DNA of 63,635 nucleotides, filler included, from Myxococcota bacterium (GTDB lineage: Bacteria; Myxococcota_C; UBA6777), in assembly GCA_023150835.1 (NCBI GenBank). It is 4 parts of 4 records of this genome, joined end to end, with 100 filler letters (N's around TTAATTAATTAA, not from the genome) between each part and the next. Parts side by side here need not be neighbours in the genome. Positions count along the whole stretch, not along the records: positions 1 to 16,199 come from JAKLKB010000146.1; positions 16,300 to 32,348 come from JAKLKB010000147.1; 2 more parts are not named here. One strand, given 5' to 3'. Made by a program: the position numbers and the translations under genes. Below, piece by piece: positions 8,592 to 21,000 of the stretch; within the stretch, counting starts at the first letter, position 1; each line of letters begins with the position of its first letter. The notes below the pieces were generated by a model, which made no database searches, was not told the origin of the DNA, and worked only from the letters and a program-made list of their open reading frames with translations.

Positions 8592-10793
8592 ATGAGGGTG
8601 TTGGTATGGGCGCGGTGGTGTGTGGTGTGTGGCTTGGGTGGTTTGAGTGGAGGGGCAGGCTTGAACGGCCAAGGCATCGGTGAGGTGTGGGCGCAAAGCT
8701 CACGTCCTTCGAGCGTTGCAGCCTCGCGCCCAGATCGTTTGGCAACAAAAACAGGTCGTGCGATACCGACGCATCCAGCAACGCAGCCCTCAAAGCGGTT
8801 GGTTGTGGAAGTTCCGACGTGGGAGGGGGCGCTCCAGCTTTTGCGCCAAAGCTCGGTGACAGCGCAAGACAAAGCGGTCCAGCAATTGGTATCGCTAGGA
8901 GAGAAGGCAAAAGAGGCGCTGCCATCGTTATTTGCGTTATTGGGATCGTCGGATGTGTTGCTGCTTCGGGCGGCGAAGAGAGCGATCGTGGCGTTGGGGA
9001 TCCGTGCGGTTCCAGCGTTGTTACAGCGGCTGAATGCGCTGGATCGAGATCAGCGGTTTCATGCGCAGTCGATGCTTGTGCAGCTTGGTGCGATCGCGGT
9101 GCCGTCGATGGTGGCGCGTTTGCCCCAAGCCGCACCCGACGAGCAAGAGCGCTTGTTGGACACCTATGCAGCGATGGGCAGCAAGGCAGCGGCAGCGGGT
9201 GAACAGATCCTCGATCTGTTTTTGCAAACCGCCGAAGCGACGGACGATCGTTCGGTGCGTTTGGCTCCCAAAGCAGAAGCGGCCTTGTTGGGATTGCGCC
9301 AAGAGGGAGCCAAGCTGCTTGGGGGGCGTCTGCGTCGGTTGCCGTATGGGTTGAGAGAGCGGGCGCTGCGCTTGCTTGAACAGATGGGGCCGATGGCGTC
9401 GCCTGCGCGATCGGTCTTGGTCGAGATGCTTGGCGAACTGCCGATCCGTGATCGAGAACCTGTGGTGCGGATCTTGGGGCAGATGCAAGAGGCGGCGGCG
9501 GAAGCATTGCCCGCGATCCTCGAACAGCGCAAAACGCCGTTGGCTTCGTTGCAATTGGCGACGGTCGTCGCGCTTGGGCAGATCCATACACGGCCAGAGA
9601 TGACGTTGCCAGCACTCGAAGAAGCCTTGAAGGCGACCGATCTCGCGGTGCGTGTGGCAGCGGCGTATGCCATCGGTCGCTTCCCTGCGGCGGTTGCAAA
9701 GCGTAGCCTGCCAGCATTGCGTGAGGCCCTCAAACGTGCCGATCCCGTCTTTCAAGCGTCTGTGTGCCAAACCCTCGTGCTGTTGGGGGCCGACGCGCTG
9801 CCAGCATTGCCCGAATTGATCGGGCTGCTTTCTTTGTCACAACACACGGATACGCAGTTGCAAGCGATCCGTGCGATCGGCTCGATGCGTCATCATGCGA
9901 AAGATGCCATCACGCCCTTGATACGGATGTTTTCACATCGCAACGCCTCCATCCGTCATGCTGCGACCCAAGCCATCGCAGATATCGGAGTGATCGCTCT
10001 CCCTGTTTTGGAGCGCGAACTGCGATCTCGCCGCAACCTGTTTCAATTTCTGTTGCTGCGGAGAAGCGAACGGCGCAACGCAGCCGCCCACGCCATCGGC
10101 CTGATCGGTCCACCCGCCAAAGCATCGATCCCTGCGCTGCTTTGGGCATTGACCAAGCCGTTGACGCGGCGTAATGCGGTGTGGGCGCTCGGGCAGATCG
10201 GAGCCGATGCACAAAGCACTCTCCCTGCGTTGCTTCGGTACAAAGGTGACAAATCGTTGGCGGTGCGTCTTGCCGTCCTCGAAGCACTCGGAAAGATCCG
10301 TCATCCCAGCGAGCAAGTCAAAGCGGCCTTGTTGAATGCGCTTTCTCATCACGAAGCTTCTATTCGCCAACAAGCCATCCGTTCGGTGGCTTTGCTGTCC
10401 CCCGCGCCGTTGGAACTTTTGCCGCGCATTGTTCCGCATCTTGCGTCCCGAACAGATCGTCGGGCTGCACGAGAGGCGCTTCGGGCTTTTGGGATCTCCG
10501 CGCTTCCGGTACTTCAACAAGCCTTAAAAAGCCCTTCGTGGGAGATGCGCGTCGAAGCGCTTCGCACCCTCGCTTCTCTTGCACCGAGCAGCATCGCGCT
10601 GTTGCCTTCGATCTTGCAGAGTCTTCATGACGACGATTATCGTGTGCGGGCAGCGGCAGCAAGGGCTTTGGTGCATTTCCCACAACAAGCCTCTGTCTTG
10701 CTTCCCATCCTTCAAAAACATCGCAACGACTCTGTCCCCTATGTCCAAATGGAAGTGCTTCGCAGTCTCCAACAGCTTTCGCGCACACCGTAG
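8592..10793 (+). CDS. Secreted HEAT-repeat (PBS lyase-like) protein
   Basis: Signal-like N-terminus, then repeated 'A..ALG.IG..A..ALP.L...L.D....VR' helical units. Confidence 0.85.
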   Translation: MRVLVWARWCVVCGLGGLSGGAGLNGQGIGEVWAQSSRPSSVAASRPDRLATKTGRAIPTHPATQPSKRLVVEVPTWEGALQLLRQSSVTAQDKAVQQLVSLGEKAKEALPSLFALLGSSDVLLLRAAKRAIVALGIRAVPALLQRLNALDRDQRFHAQSMLVQLGAIAVPSMVARLPQAAPDEQERLLDTYAAMGSKAAAAGEQILDLFLQTAEATDDRSVRLAPKAEAALLGLRQEGAKLLGGRLRRLPYGLRERALRLLEQMGPMASPARSVLVEMLGELPIRDREPVVRILGQMQEAAAEALPAILEQRKTPLASLQLATVVALGQIHTRPEMTLPALEEALKATDLAVRVAAAYAIGRFPAAVAKRSLPALREALKRADPVFQASVCQTLVLLGADALPALPELIGLLSLSQHTDTQLQAIRAIGSMRHHAKDAITPLIRMFSHRNASIRHAATQAIADIGVIALPVLERELRSRRNLFQFLLLRRSERRNAAAHAIGLIGPPAKASIPALLWALTKPLTRRNAVWALGQIGADAQSTLPALLRYKGDKSLAVRLAVLEALGKIRHPSEQVKAALLNALSHHEASIRQQAIRSVALLSPAPLELLPRIVPHLASRTDRRAAREALRAFGISALPVLQQALKSPSWEMRVEALRTLASLAPSSIALLPSILQSLHDDDYRVRAAAARALVHFPQQASVLLPILQKHRNDSVPYVQMEVLRSLQQLSRTP

Positions 10794-10872
10794 ACCACAG
10801 CCCCATCGCTTGAACTGCCGAGAACACGGGGTTTTTGTCAACAAATGACACCGATATAGAAAGGAGTTCTCC

Positions 10873-11955
10873 TTGAAAGAACAAGCGCTTGCTTTACTCA
10901 AACGCCTGACCGAAGCGCATGGTGCGCCTTCGCGTGAAGAACAAGTGCGTGCGATCTTTCGCGCCGAAGTGCCTGCGGCCTGTGAAGCCGATCGCATGGG
11001 CAATATCACTTGTGCGCTGCGCGGTCGCAGCGAGCGTCCACGCATCCTGATCGCCGGCCACATGGACGAAGTGGGGTTCATGGTTCATTCGATCACCAAC
11101 GAAGGACTGCTGCGTTTTGTGCCGCTTGGTGGGTGGTGGGGGCATGTCTTGCTTGCACAGCGGATGCGCGTCTTGACCCAAGACGAGCGCGAGATCATCG
11201 GTGTGGTCACGTCCAAACCACCGCATTTTTTGACGGCAGCGGAGCGCGAAAAGGTCTTGCCGATCGAGTCGATGTACATCGATATCGGCGCACGCGACAA
11301 AAAAGAAGCCACAGAGACTTTTGGGGTGCGCCTTGGTGATACGATCGTCCCGGATAGTGCGTTTACACAGATGGCAAATCCCGATCTGTTGTTGTGCAAA
11401 GCCTTTGACAACCGCGTGGGGATGGCGCTGACCATCCAAAGCGCCCAGATGATCGCCAAAGAAGAACATCCCAACACCGTGTATTGCACCGCAACTGTAC
11501 AAGAGGAACTTGGCTTGCGGGGTGCCAAAACCGTCGGTGAGATGGTCGATCCCGACGTCGCTTTGATCCTCGAAGGCCCGCCCGCTGACGATCTGCCGGG
11601 TGTCTCGGCGGACGAGCGGCAAGGTGTCTTGGGTGGCGGCGTTCAGATCCGTTTGCTCGATACCACCGCCGTTTCCAATCATCATCTCTCGCGTTTTGTG
11701 ATCCGCATCGCCGAAGAAGCCCAGATCCCGCATCAAGTGACCGTTCGCCGCAGCGGTGGGACGGATGCAGGAGCCTTGCACCTTTACAAGCGCGGTGTCC
11801 CTACCGTCGTCCTTGGTGTCCCTGCCCGCTACATCCACACCTCCAACAGCATCATCCATCTCCAAGACTATCTCTCTGCCTTGCAGCTTGTTCGCATGTT
11901 GGTTCAGCGGCTCGGCGAAGAGAGCGTGGCTTCTTTGGCTCCTTGGACGATGTGA
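10873..11955 (+). CDS. M42 family (TET-like) aminopeptidase
   Basis: GHMDEVG, KAFDNRVG, QEELGLRGA, GGTDAG and RYIH motifs; AAGGAG SD before TTG. Confidence 0.93.
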   Translation: MKEQALALLKRLTEAHGAPSREEQVRAIFRAEVPAACEADRMGNITCALRGRSERPRILIAGHMDEVGFMVHSITNEGLLRFVPLGGWWGHVLLAQRMRVLTQDEREIIGVVTSKPPHFLTAAEREKVLPIESMYIDIGARDKKEATETFGVRLGDTIVPDSAFTQMANPDLLLCKAFDNRVGMALTIQSAQMIAKEEHPNTVYCTATVQEELGLRGAKTVGEMVDPDVALILEGPPADDLPGVSADERQGVLGGGVQIRLLDTTAVSNHHLSRFVIRIAEEAQIPHQVTVRRSGGTDAGALHLYKRGVPTVVLGVPARYIHTSNSIIHLQDYLSALQLVRMLVQRLGEESVASLAPWTM

Positions 11956-12000
11956 TCGCTCCTCGTCTTTGCTCCACAGAACTTGCGCCGCTAGATCCGC

Positions 12001-12261
12001 CACACAAAAAGCTCTCGCAGAAATCTAGCAGACAGACACGCCACACAAAAAGCCCTCACAGAAATCTGGCAGACAGACACGCCACACAAAAAGCTCTCAC
12101 AGAAATCTGGCAGACAGACACGCCACACAAAACGCTCTCACAGAAATCTGGCAGACAGACACGCCACACAAAACGCTCTCACAGAAATCTGGCAGACAGA
12201 CACGCCACACAAAACGCTCTCACAGAAATCTGGCGGATAGACACGCTACACAAAACGCTCC
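12001..12261. repeat. Tandem array of 41-bp units (CACACAAAACGCTCTCACAGAAATCTGGCAGACAGACACGC), about 6.3 copies
   Basis: Unit starts at 12001, 12042, 12083, 12124, 12165, 12206, 12247. Confidence 0.95.
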
Positions 12262-12420
12262 CATCAATACGACTTGTGGGCCAAAAAAACCGTGTTCGCG
12301 GTGTTTCAAGCGACAGTGTTGTCTGTGTGAAAAGCCTCTGATCTTTTCGCCATTACGGGGTCAAGGGGCCAGAGGTCCCTTGCGGGGTATGGGGCAGCGC
12401 CCCGTGAGAGGGTGTCTAAA

Positions 12421-12563
12421 GCAGCGATATCTGAACGCGATATCTCCGCGTCATGTATGATCGCATGATGTAGGGGCGGTTCGCGAATCGCCCGATTCTT
12501 GGGCAGCCACAGGGGGCTGCCCCTACATTTTTGCGGTAACACTAAGGGGCGGATATCGTATGA
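12421..12563. repeat. REP doublet (two convergent GTAG palindromes) with MITE-like right end
   Basis: GTAGGGGCGGTTCGCGAATCGCCC at 12470, inverted GGGCAGCCACAGGGGGCTGCCCCTAC at 12501 and GGATATCGTATGA at 12551; near-duplicate at ~48150-48290. Confidence 0.8.
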
Positions 12564-12782
12564 GTCCTCTCCAGAAAGAAATGGAGTAGGCCGTTCTTTG
12601 TTGCGTTGGTGAGCGAATACGTGGGGTCTTGCATCGTGGACGCTTTTGGCGTTGAGATAGAGAACTATCCCATAAGGCGAAAGGCTCGCAAGGTCGGCTG
12701 TTGTATATCTTGTTGGGTGCGTGGACCTTAGAAGCATACCAAACATAGCTTGACCACGAGTGGATGGAGGGTTGGTCTGATT

Positions 12783-15700
12783 ATGGATGCGCAGCATAGA
12801 GTATTTCATCGGCCATTGGTTTTGTGGTGTTTGCTGTTTCTGTCCTCGATTCAAGTCCATTGCCTCCCATCGCGCCCGTCGCTTGAGGGGGTTCCTTGTG
12901 TAAAAGAAGACGAGTGCGGCGAGACATTGCGTTGTATCAACCACACCTGTTTGCCGGCATCGTATCTGTGCGAGGGGGGATGTCGCTCGGGTGAAGAATG
13001 CGTCAAAGGGACGTGTGTTCTTCGATGCAGCGAAACGGAGACGCGCTGTGGCAATTTGTGTGCGGATCTGAAACGCGATCCCAAGCATTGTGGTGGGTGC
13101 GACAAGGCTTGTGCGTCAGGAGAAGCGTGTTTTTCGGGGGTTTGCGGGCCAGCTTGTCAGGGTGGGTTCACAAGCTGCGCGAATGTTTGTGTGGATCTCA
13201 AGACAGATCGGGCGAACTGTGGGACGTGCGGGGTGGTTTGTAAGGAGGGCGAGGTTTGTGTTGGGGGCGTTTGTGGGTTGCGGTGCGTGGCGGGGCAGAC
13301 GGCTTGTGAGAAGGGCTGCGTCGATCTCAAGACGGATCGGGCGCATTGTGGGGTATGCGGAACGGCTTGTGGGAAGGGGCAGATCTGTTCGAATGCGCAA
13401 TGCCAGCTTGTTTGCCAGAGCGGATTGACCGATTGTACGGGGAAGTGCGTAGATACACAGACGGATAACGCGCATTGTGGGGCGTGTGGGGTGATCTGTG
13501 CGGTCGGGCAAGTTTGTTCGGGCGGAAAGTGCGAGGTGTCTTGTGCGCAGGGTCTTTTGATCTGTAGTGGTGTGTGTGTGGATCCGCAAAAAGATCGCTT
13601 TCATTGTGGGGCGTGTGGAGCGGCGTGTGCGCAAGGAGAAGTCTGTAACGCAGGAGCGTGTGCTTTTTTCTGCCCGCAAGGGGTGGACAAGTGCGGGACG
13701 CTTTGCACTCAGCTCCAGTCGGATCGGGCGAACTGTGGGGCGTGTGGGACGGCTTGCAAGAGCGGCGAAGTGTGTGCCAACGGTGTGTGCGCGTTGTCTT
13801 GCCCGGGAACGCAGGTGGAATGTAGCGGTGGGTGCGCAGATCGGCAAAGCGACGACAACAACTGTGGTGCTTGTGGGACGCGCTGCCTTGGTGGAAAGCG
13901 CTGTGTTGCGGGGGCTTGCGCTTGTCCGGGCGGGCAAAGCGATTGTGGCGGGACGTGCTTTGATACGCTGTCGGATCGGCAGCGTTGTGGGGCTTGCAAT
14001 ACGGTGTGTTCGGCAGGGCAAGTGTGCGCGGCAGGGGCTTGTTTGGTGTCTTGCCCGGGGACGCAGGTCGAATGTAGCGGAGCTTGCTTTGATGCGAAGA
14101 ATAGCAACGCGAACTGTGGAGGTTGTGGAACGCGCTGTTTGGGGGGGATGAACTGTGAAAACGGGAGTTGCTTGTGTCCTTCTCCTGACGGAGTGTCTCC
14201 GCGCATGGCCGACTGTGCAGGGGTTTGTATCGACACACGCACAAGCCGTTCGCATTGTGGGGCTTGTAACAACGCCTGCCCTGCGGGGGCGGTATGTTCG
14301 GCGGGTGTGTGTGGGGTTGCGTGCCCTGTGGGACAAACCGAATGTAGCGGGGCTTGCTTTGATACGCAGGTGAGCACAGCGCATTGTGGGGCGTGTGGAA
14401 CGCCTTGTACGGGCGGGAAGCGTTGTGTGGCTGGTTCGTGTGCGTGTGGGGCAGGTCAAGCGGATTGCGGTGGGGCGTGTGTGGATCGGGCGACGGATCG
14501 CTTGAACTGTGGGGTGTGTGGGACGGCTTGTGCGAGTGGTGAGGTCTGTGCGGCTTCTACGTGTGTGGTGAGCTGTCCAATCGGGCAGACCGTATGTGGC
14601 GGAAAGTGCGCGGATACGCAAAAAGACGACGCTCATTGCGGAAGTTGTGGGACGATCTGTGGGGCGGGTCGTTCTTGCGCTGCGGGGGTGTGTGCGTGTG
14701 TGACGGGAAAGACCGAATGTTCGGGGGTTTGTGTCGATACACAAGTGGAACGAGCGCATTGTGGGGGATGTAGTGCAGCGTGTGGTGGGTCGGATGTGTG
14801 CGTGGCGGGTTCTTGTTCAACGAACTGCCCGTCGGGCCAGACGGTCTGCACAGGGCAATGCAAAGACACGCAAAACGACAGCGATCATTGCGGAAGTTGC
14901 GGTGTGGTGTGTAGCGGAGGGCAGTATTGCAGCGGAGGGGGGTGTGTTTGTCCGTCAGGTCTGACTTTTTGTGGGGGGGCGTGTGTGGATACGAGCAGCG
15001 AACCCAACCATTGTGGTAGCTGTGGAAACGCCTGTGGGACGGGGCGCGTTTGTTCGAGCGGAGCGTGCGGGTCGGTTTGTCCGAGCGGACAGACCCATTG
15101 CAGCGGAGCGTGCGTGTCGTTGGGGACGGATCGCAGCCATTGTGGGGCGTGCGGGGTGGTGTGCGGTGCGGAAAAGCTGTGTGTTGCGGGGGCGTGTTCT
15201 TGTTCGGCGGGTTTGTCAAGTTGCCCGATCGGTTGTCGGAATCTTCAGACGGACGCGACGAATTGTGGGACGTGTGGCAATCATTGCGGAGGTTCGGGGG
15301 TTTGTATCGCGGGAGTGTGTCGCGTGTTGTGCAACGCAGGGGAGGCGAATTGCGGAGGTTCGTGTGTAAGCTTACAGACGAGTGCATCGCATTGTGGGGC
15401 GTGTGGGAGGGCTTGCGTGGCAGGAGAAAGCTGTGCAAGTGGCGTGTGTGTGGTGGGAGCGATCGAGCCGTTTGCGGCGAAGGCAGGCGGGAATGGGGGA
15501 GATATCGCGAATGGTGTAGCGGTCGATGCTTCCAAAAACATCATCGTGGTGGGGCAATTCCAGAACACGGCGACGTTTGGTGCGTGGTCGTTGACTTCGC
15601 TCGGGGGGTGGGATGGTTTTGTGGCGAAGACCAATGCAGCGGGAGGATACAAGTGGGCGCAGCGTGTGGGTTCAGCAGCAGGGGATGATCAGGTCAACAA

Positions 15701-16199
15701 GGTTGTGGTGGATAGTGTTGGGAACATCTATATCACGGGCAAGTTTTACGGGACGCTGACGCTTGGTAATATCACGCTGACCTCGGCAGGATCGGCGGAT
15801 ATCTTTGTTGCGAAGCTCGATCAAGGGGGGAACTTTTTGTGGGCCAAGCGTGCAGGGAGCAGCCACGCAACGCTTGAGGACGAGGGGCTTGCGATAGCGC
15901 TCGATACAACGGGGAATGTGTACGTCACAGGTGCGTTTGCAGGAACAGCGGACTTTGGTGCAACGAGTCTGGTCTCGGCGGGGGACACGGATATCTTTGT
16001 GACCAAGTTGAACAACAACGGTGTTTTTCTGGCTTCGTGGCGAGATGGTGGGGCAAACAAAGATGTTGCCAAGGGTATCGGGATCGATGGGGCGGGCAAT
16101 GTGGTGGTGACGGGCGAGTTTCAAACCCAGACAGTGATCGGTTCAAACACGTTCAATGCAGCGGGTGGAGGGGGAGATACGGATATATTTGTTGCGCGA
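12783..16199 (+). CDS. Cys-rich repeat surface protein (Stig1/MXAN_6577-like repeats) with C-terminal SBBP-like beta-propeller; truncated by contig end
   Basis: Many ~43-aa C.D..tD..hCG.CG..C..G..C..G.C units, followed by 'D..GN.Y.TG.F...DIFVAKL' repeats; runs into the N linker. Confidence 0.85.
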
Positions 16200-16299
16200 N
16201 NNNNNNNNNNNNNNNNNNNNNNNNNNNNNNNNNNNNNNNNNNNTTAATTAATTAANNNNNNNNNNNNNNNNNNNNNNNNNNNNNNNNNNNNNNNNNNNN
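16200..16299. other. Artificial contig linker
   Basis: N44-TTAATTAATTAA-N44, a six-frame stop spacer. Confidence 0.98.
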
Positions 16300-16575
16300 G
16301 GCAGCGTCTGCGCGTCGTGCATACAGCGTGTGTCATGGAACACCAAAACCTCGCTGCCTCCGACTTTCGCTCCCTCCCCTGTTCACGGGGGAGGGCTGGG
16401 GTGGGGGGGCCAACAAGCGCTAACCTAGCGCGTATGGGGCGCTGCCCCATAGGCGTTAGGTTAAGCACGGGGGAAGTTGGAGCAGGCAAAGACGCTCTCT
16501 TGTGCAAACAGCGTGTGGCATGGAACACCAAAACCTCGCTGCCTCCGACTTTCTCTCCCTCCCCTGTTCACGGTC
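16300..16575. repeat. Dispersed CCCTCCCCTGTTCACGGGGGAGGG-family repeat, 1.5 tandem copies
   Basis: Matches ~3487-3635 and 32470-32615; the internal segment is repeated at ~16320-16390 and ~16505-16573. Confidence 0.75.
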
Positions 16576-16886
16576 TTTGGCTCTTACAGGAGGACAAATC
16601 GCGTGACGCTCACCCCTGCCCTTCGGGCGTCTCCTCTCCCTGCGACGCTCGCAAAGCCTCGCTGCTGCCGCGAGGGGGAGGAAGGCAGAAAGTCTGAGCG
16701 CACAGAGAAACCCCGTCTCCGTACTTCCGTACTATCCGTACCTTCCGTGCTTTCCGTGCCTTCCGTACTTTCGGTACTTTCCGTGTTTTCCGTGGACTCT
16801 TCTTTTCGATCACACATCACCGGGTATCGTATTACATCTAAAAATCGCTTTTTGCGAGCGATGGTTCGCGGTTGTTTTGCGAGCGA

Positions 16887-17723
16887 TTATTCGAAGGTTT
16901 TCACTGCGAGGAGGAGTTCCTCTTCGCGGAAGCCCTCGCCGATCATGCCGTCGCGTGCGTACAGATACAATGCGGCTTGGAAGATCGAGGACAGCACGCC
17001 TTGGATCAGCGCGATCCCGACGACACCAAGGGCACCGATCCCCAACAGCACGAACATCATCGGACCGCCGAAAACGATCCCAAAGCCCATCAACGCGAAA
17101 AAAGGCAGGGAAAGCAAAAAGCCCAACAGACCAAAGCTAAAGTTGCCGATGATCTGTTCTCCCCAACGTTCGCGGAACAGGCGACCCGACTCTTTTAAGG
17201 TGTCGATGGGACCGAGGTTTTGCGCCACCAGCACAGGGATCGCAAAGAAGGTCACCAGTCCCCAGATCGCCCCCAAGACCGCAGAGATCACACGTCCCAA
17301 AAACTCCAGACGCTCTTCGATCAGATGCAAAACCAGCCCAACAGTCCCCGACAACAACGACCAGCCCAAGATCAGATGAAGCCTTTTTCCTGCTTCACGC
17401 AGACCATAACCCACCGTCGGATCTCCGCCTTGGAGCCGCTCGATCGCGCACGCCACGATCGCTGTGTTGAAAAACACGATGATGAACGTCGCGCCAAGAT
17501 AAAACAGAAAAAGGTACGCGTACACCAAAACATTGATGGTCGCCTCTTTTGAGTTGGAAGAAAGCAAGGAACCCGTAAAGATCAGCACATAGAAAAAGCA
17601 AGCCATCATCAAAAGCATTGTGACACCCGAGATGATCGGAAAGATCATCAGCTCCTTGTCTTTTCTCAAGACGCGCATACAGCAGGTCATGATCTCCCAT
17701 GTTTGCGAGGTCCGTTCAAACAT
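16887..17723 (-). CDS. DUF6159-like membrane protein
   Basis: VLR.DKEL.IFP, FFN.A, PVLV, S..LF...WGE and FQAALY.YA patterns; multiple TM helices. Confidence 0.75.
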   Translation of the reverse strand: MFERTSQTWEIMTCCMRVLRKDKELMIFPIISGVTMLLMMACFFYVLIFTGSLLSSNSKEATINVLVYAYLFLFYLGATFIIVFFNTAIVACAIERLQGGDPTVGYGLREAGKRLHLILGWSLLSGTVGLVLHLIEERLEFLGRVISAVLGAIWGLVTFFAIPVLVAQNLGPIDTLKESGRLFRERWGEQIIGNFSFGLLGFLLSLPFFALMGFGIVFGGPMMFVLLGIGALGVVGIALIQGVLSSIFQAALYLYARDGMIGEGFREEELLLAVKTFE

Positions 17724-18037
17724 CGACGTCTCCGTTGGTTGGTGAGGGGAAGCAATAGAGGCTCTGCCCGACGCAAAGCCTCAAAAACAGCGCAATGAAG
17801 CATAGGACGATAGGGAAGAGTCTTTTTGAGGTCAAGGTGAGAGCCGTTGCTGTAGCCTTCGAGAAGCCCAAGGTGCGAGATTGTTGAGATAAAAAGCGAG
17901 GTCATGTGGTCTCTTGTGCGAGGCATGGAAAAACGTATCGTCACCGCGATCTTGTGAGGTCTTGCGCCTGATGGCACAGGCCGAAACAGGCAAACACGAC
18001 CAAAGCAAACATACCAACAAACGAAGGAGTCCTCATT

Positions 18038-21000
18038 ATGCGTTTTGGTTTGTCTTTTTGGGGCGCATATTGCGCCCTTGTATTGGGAGGGGTGGGTGTG
18101 GCGCACGCGCAAACGCCCTTGCCACCCACCAATCTTCAAGCCCAATTCCAACGAAACGGAAACTACACCGATCTCCAATGGCGGATGCAAGGGCGTTATC
18201 AAGTTGCCGCTGATCTGCGACTGAACAGCCAGTACAACTTCCCCGTCGCAGAAGTCTTGGGATCGTGGGATCAACAAGGAGGTTCATGGAGTGTAAACGG
18301 CGCGGTATTGAGCCAGATCAGCGCAGGTCTCTCACCTGTATTTCGGGCGTGGCCGGGTGGTTTGGCGATGCGCGATTATGACTTTTCTGTTCGCGTCCGT
18401 TCTTCTGTTTTGACGGGCTTTGTGGGCGTTGCGTTTCGCTTCTCGAATGCCAACAACTCTTATTACGTTGCGATCGAGCCTTTGCGTGTGGCCTTGTATC
18501 GACGGGTCAACGGAACAGATACTTTGCTCGCGCAACAAGCGGCCATTCGGGCTGTGAACACATGGTACTTGGTGCGTGTCTCTCCTCAAGGCACGACTCT
18601 TCGCGCAACTGTCGGCAGCATCACGCTTTCTGCAACCGACAACAGCCATCCCGAAGGTTCTGTTGCGCTCATCTCTAGCGGGATCACTTCGGATTTTACA
18701 GGACCAACGACAGAGCTTGAGTTGCGCAATTCGGGGGGCATGGTGCGCTTTACGCCGACGCAGCTTTTTAGTGGGTGGACGCGGTTTGGCGTGGGAACGT
18801 GGGCCGTCAGCCCCAACGGCTACGAACTTCGTCAATCGATCAACACTCCCGAAGATACGGGCTATTTCAACCCAAAGCACACCACGCTCCGCGATTACAC
18901 CTACATCCAACAGATGCGCATTGATCCGCTCAATGACGACGATGTGATCGGTGTGGTAGTGCGTTACACCCAAAACCAAGCGACGCCTCACCGTTTTACA
19001 GCGTATCTGTTTGAGTGGAATCGTGGAGGAGCCGGTGGAGTGCCGAACCGCCGGCTTGTACGTGTGACCAACGGGGGTTATGGAACCCACGGTGGTACGT
19101 GGCCGCGCATCAACCATACCGTCCTCTTTTCGGACAACGTGACGTGGGTTGGCAGCACATGGTACACGATCCGCGTCACCGTCCTCGGCCAGCGTATCCG
19201 TATCTGGATCAACGGTGTCTTGTGGGCCGATTATACGGACAACAACAGTGCTTGGATCCAACAAGGGGCTGCCGGCCCGCTCAACTGGTCGAACCCCAAC
19301 TACAATACACGCCACTTTACGCTGTATTACGCCAACGATGTCTTTGCCAACGCCACCGCAACCACTCCTGCGATCTCTGACATCACAAGCTCTTATGCTC
19401 GTCTTAACACCACCAACGTCAGCACGCTCCTGACCACACCGATCACGACATGGGCCACCACAAACGATATCCCCTTGGCCTTTTTGTCCGTCGATCAGTA
19501 CCGTGTGGTGTTCGAGGATCCTTCGACCTTTGAAGGGCTGATCAGCCCCGATGGGGTGGCCTCGACTCCGACCGATGGATCGGCCTTTGCGTACGGTCGT
19601 CAACGCGCTGGAACGCTGCGTTATCACGTCTATCGAAACAACACACGCCTCACCACCACCCCCGTCACTACGCAGACCTATCGCGACACCTACACCGCTT
19701 GCATTCCTGCCCCCAACACGACCTACAACTACCAAGTGACCGCCCTCAACCCCGCCAACAACGAAAGTGGGCGCTCAAACACCGCAAGCATCACCACCGC
19801 CAACGATCCACCCACCATCAGCGGAGTCCCCGATCAATCGGGAGCGCATGGTACTTCGTGGACGCTCGATCTGACGCCCTACATCAACGACCCGAACGCC
19901 GCCAAAAATACCCTTGTGATCACCGAAAATAGCGCCTTTGTCACCGTCTCTGGACAAACGCTGACGTTCCTTTATCCCGCTGCTTCGGGCGTCACTGCCG
20001 AGAATGTTATCCTCACCGTCACAGACTGCCACGGCGCACAAGCCTCCCAAACGATCCGCGTCACCCTACAAAACCGCCCACCCGTCTTTACGACCACCGC
20101 CCCCAACGCAGCCACCGAAAAAGCCACTTATGTGTACGACGCCAACGCCAACGATCCCGATACAGGCGATGTCGTCAACTACAAACTTACGCAAGGCCCC
20201 GCAACGGCGACCATCGACCCAACGACGGGCCGTGTCTCATGGACGCCCACCAACGCCGACTCTGGAAAGACCCTCACCTTCGAGATCGAGGCGTGCGACA
20301 ATCGCACTCCCCCCGCTTGTACGCGCCAAACGTGGCAAGTGACAGTCAGCAACGTCAACGATCCACCCACCATCACCTCAACCCCCCCAACCACCGCCAC
20401 CGAAGACCAGCTTTATACTTACCAAGTGACGGCTACCGACCCCGATACTGGCGACACCCTCAACTACAAGCTCAAAACCGCCCCTTCCACCGCGACCATC
20501 GATCCCAACACAGGCGCGATCCGCTGGACGCCCGGGGATGCCGATGCAGGCAAAGATATCGACTTTGAAGTCGAAGTCTGCGACAAAGCAGGCGCTTGTG
20601 TCACCCAGTCTTGGAAAACCAAAGTCACCAACGTCAACGATCCACCCGTGATCTCTTCGACGCCACCGGCCTCTGCCACCGAAGATCAAGCCTATACTTA
20701 CGAGCCTACCGTCGCTGATCCCGACCCGAACGACACCCATACATGGAAGTTCAAAAAGTCTCCCACAGGCGCCACCATCGACCCCGCCACCGGCAAGATC
20801 AACTGGACGCCCGGGGATGCCGATGCAGGCAAAGACGTCGACTTTGAGATCGAAGTCTGTGATGCCGCTGGTGTCTGTGTTTCGCAGTCTTGGAAGACCA
20901 AAGTCAACAACGTCAACGATCCACCCGTGATCACTTCGACACCTCCTCCAACCACCGATGAAGGCACCGCTTTTTCTTACAAACCCACCGCTACCGATCC

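Noticed and set aside
11943..12341. ORFs through tandem arrays (also 315-1101 and 39010-40188)
   Set aside because: Translations just cycle through repeat frames, with no other coding evidence.
16720..16795. 9-bp TCCGT(A/G)CTT microsatellite
   Set aside because: Short and degenerate, with no supportable function.
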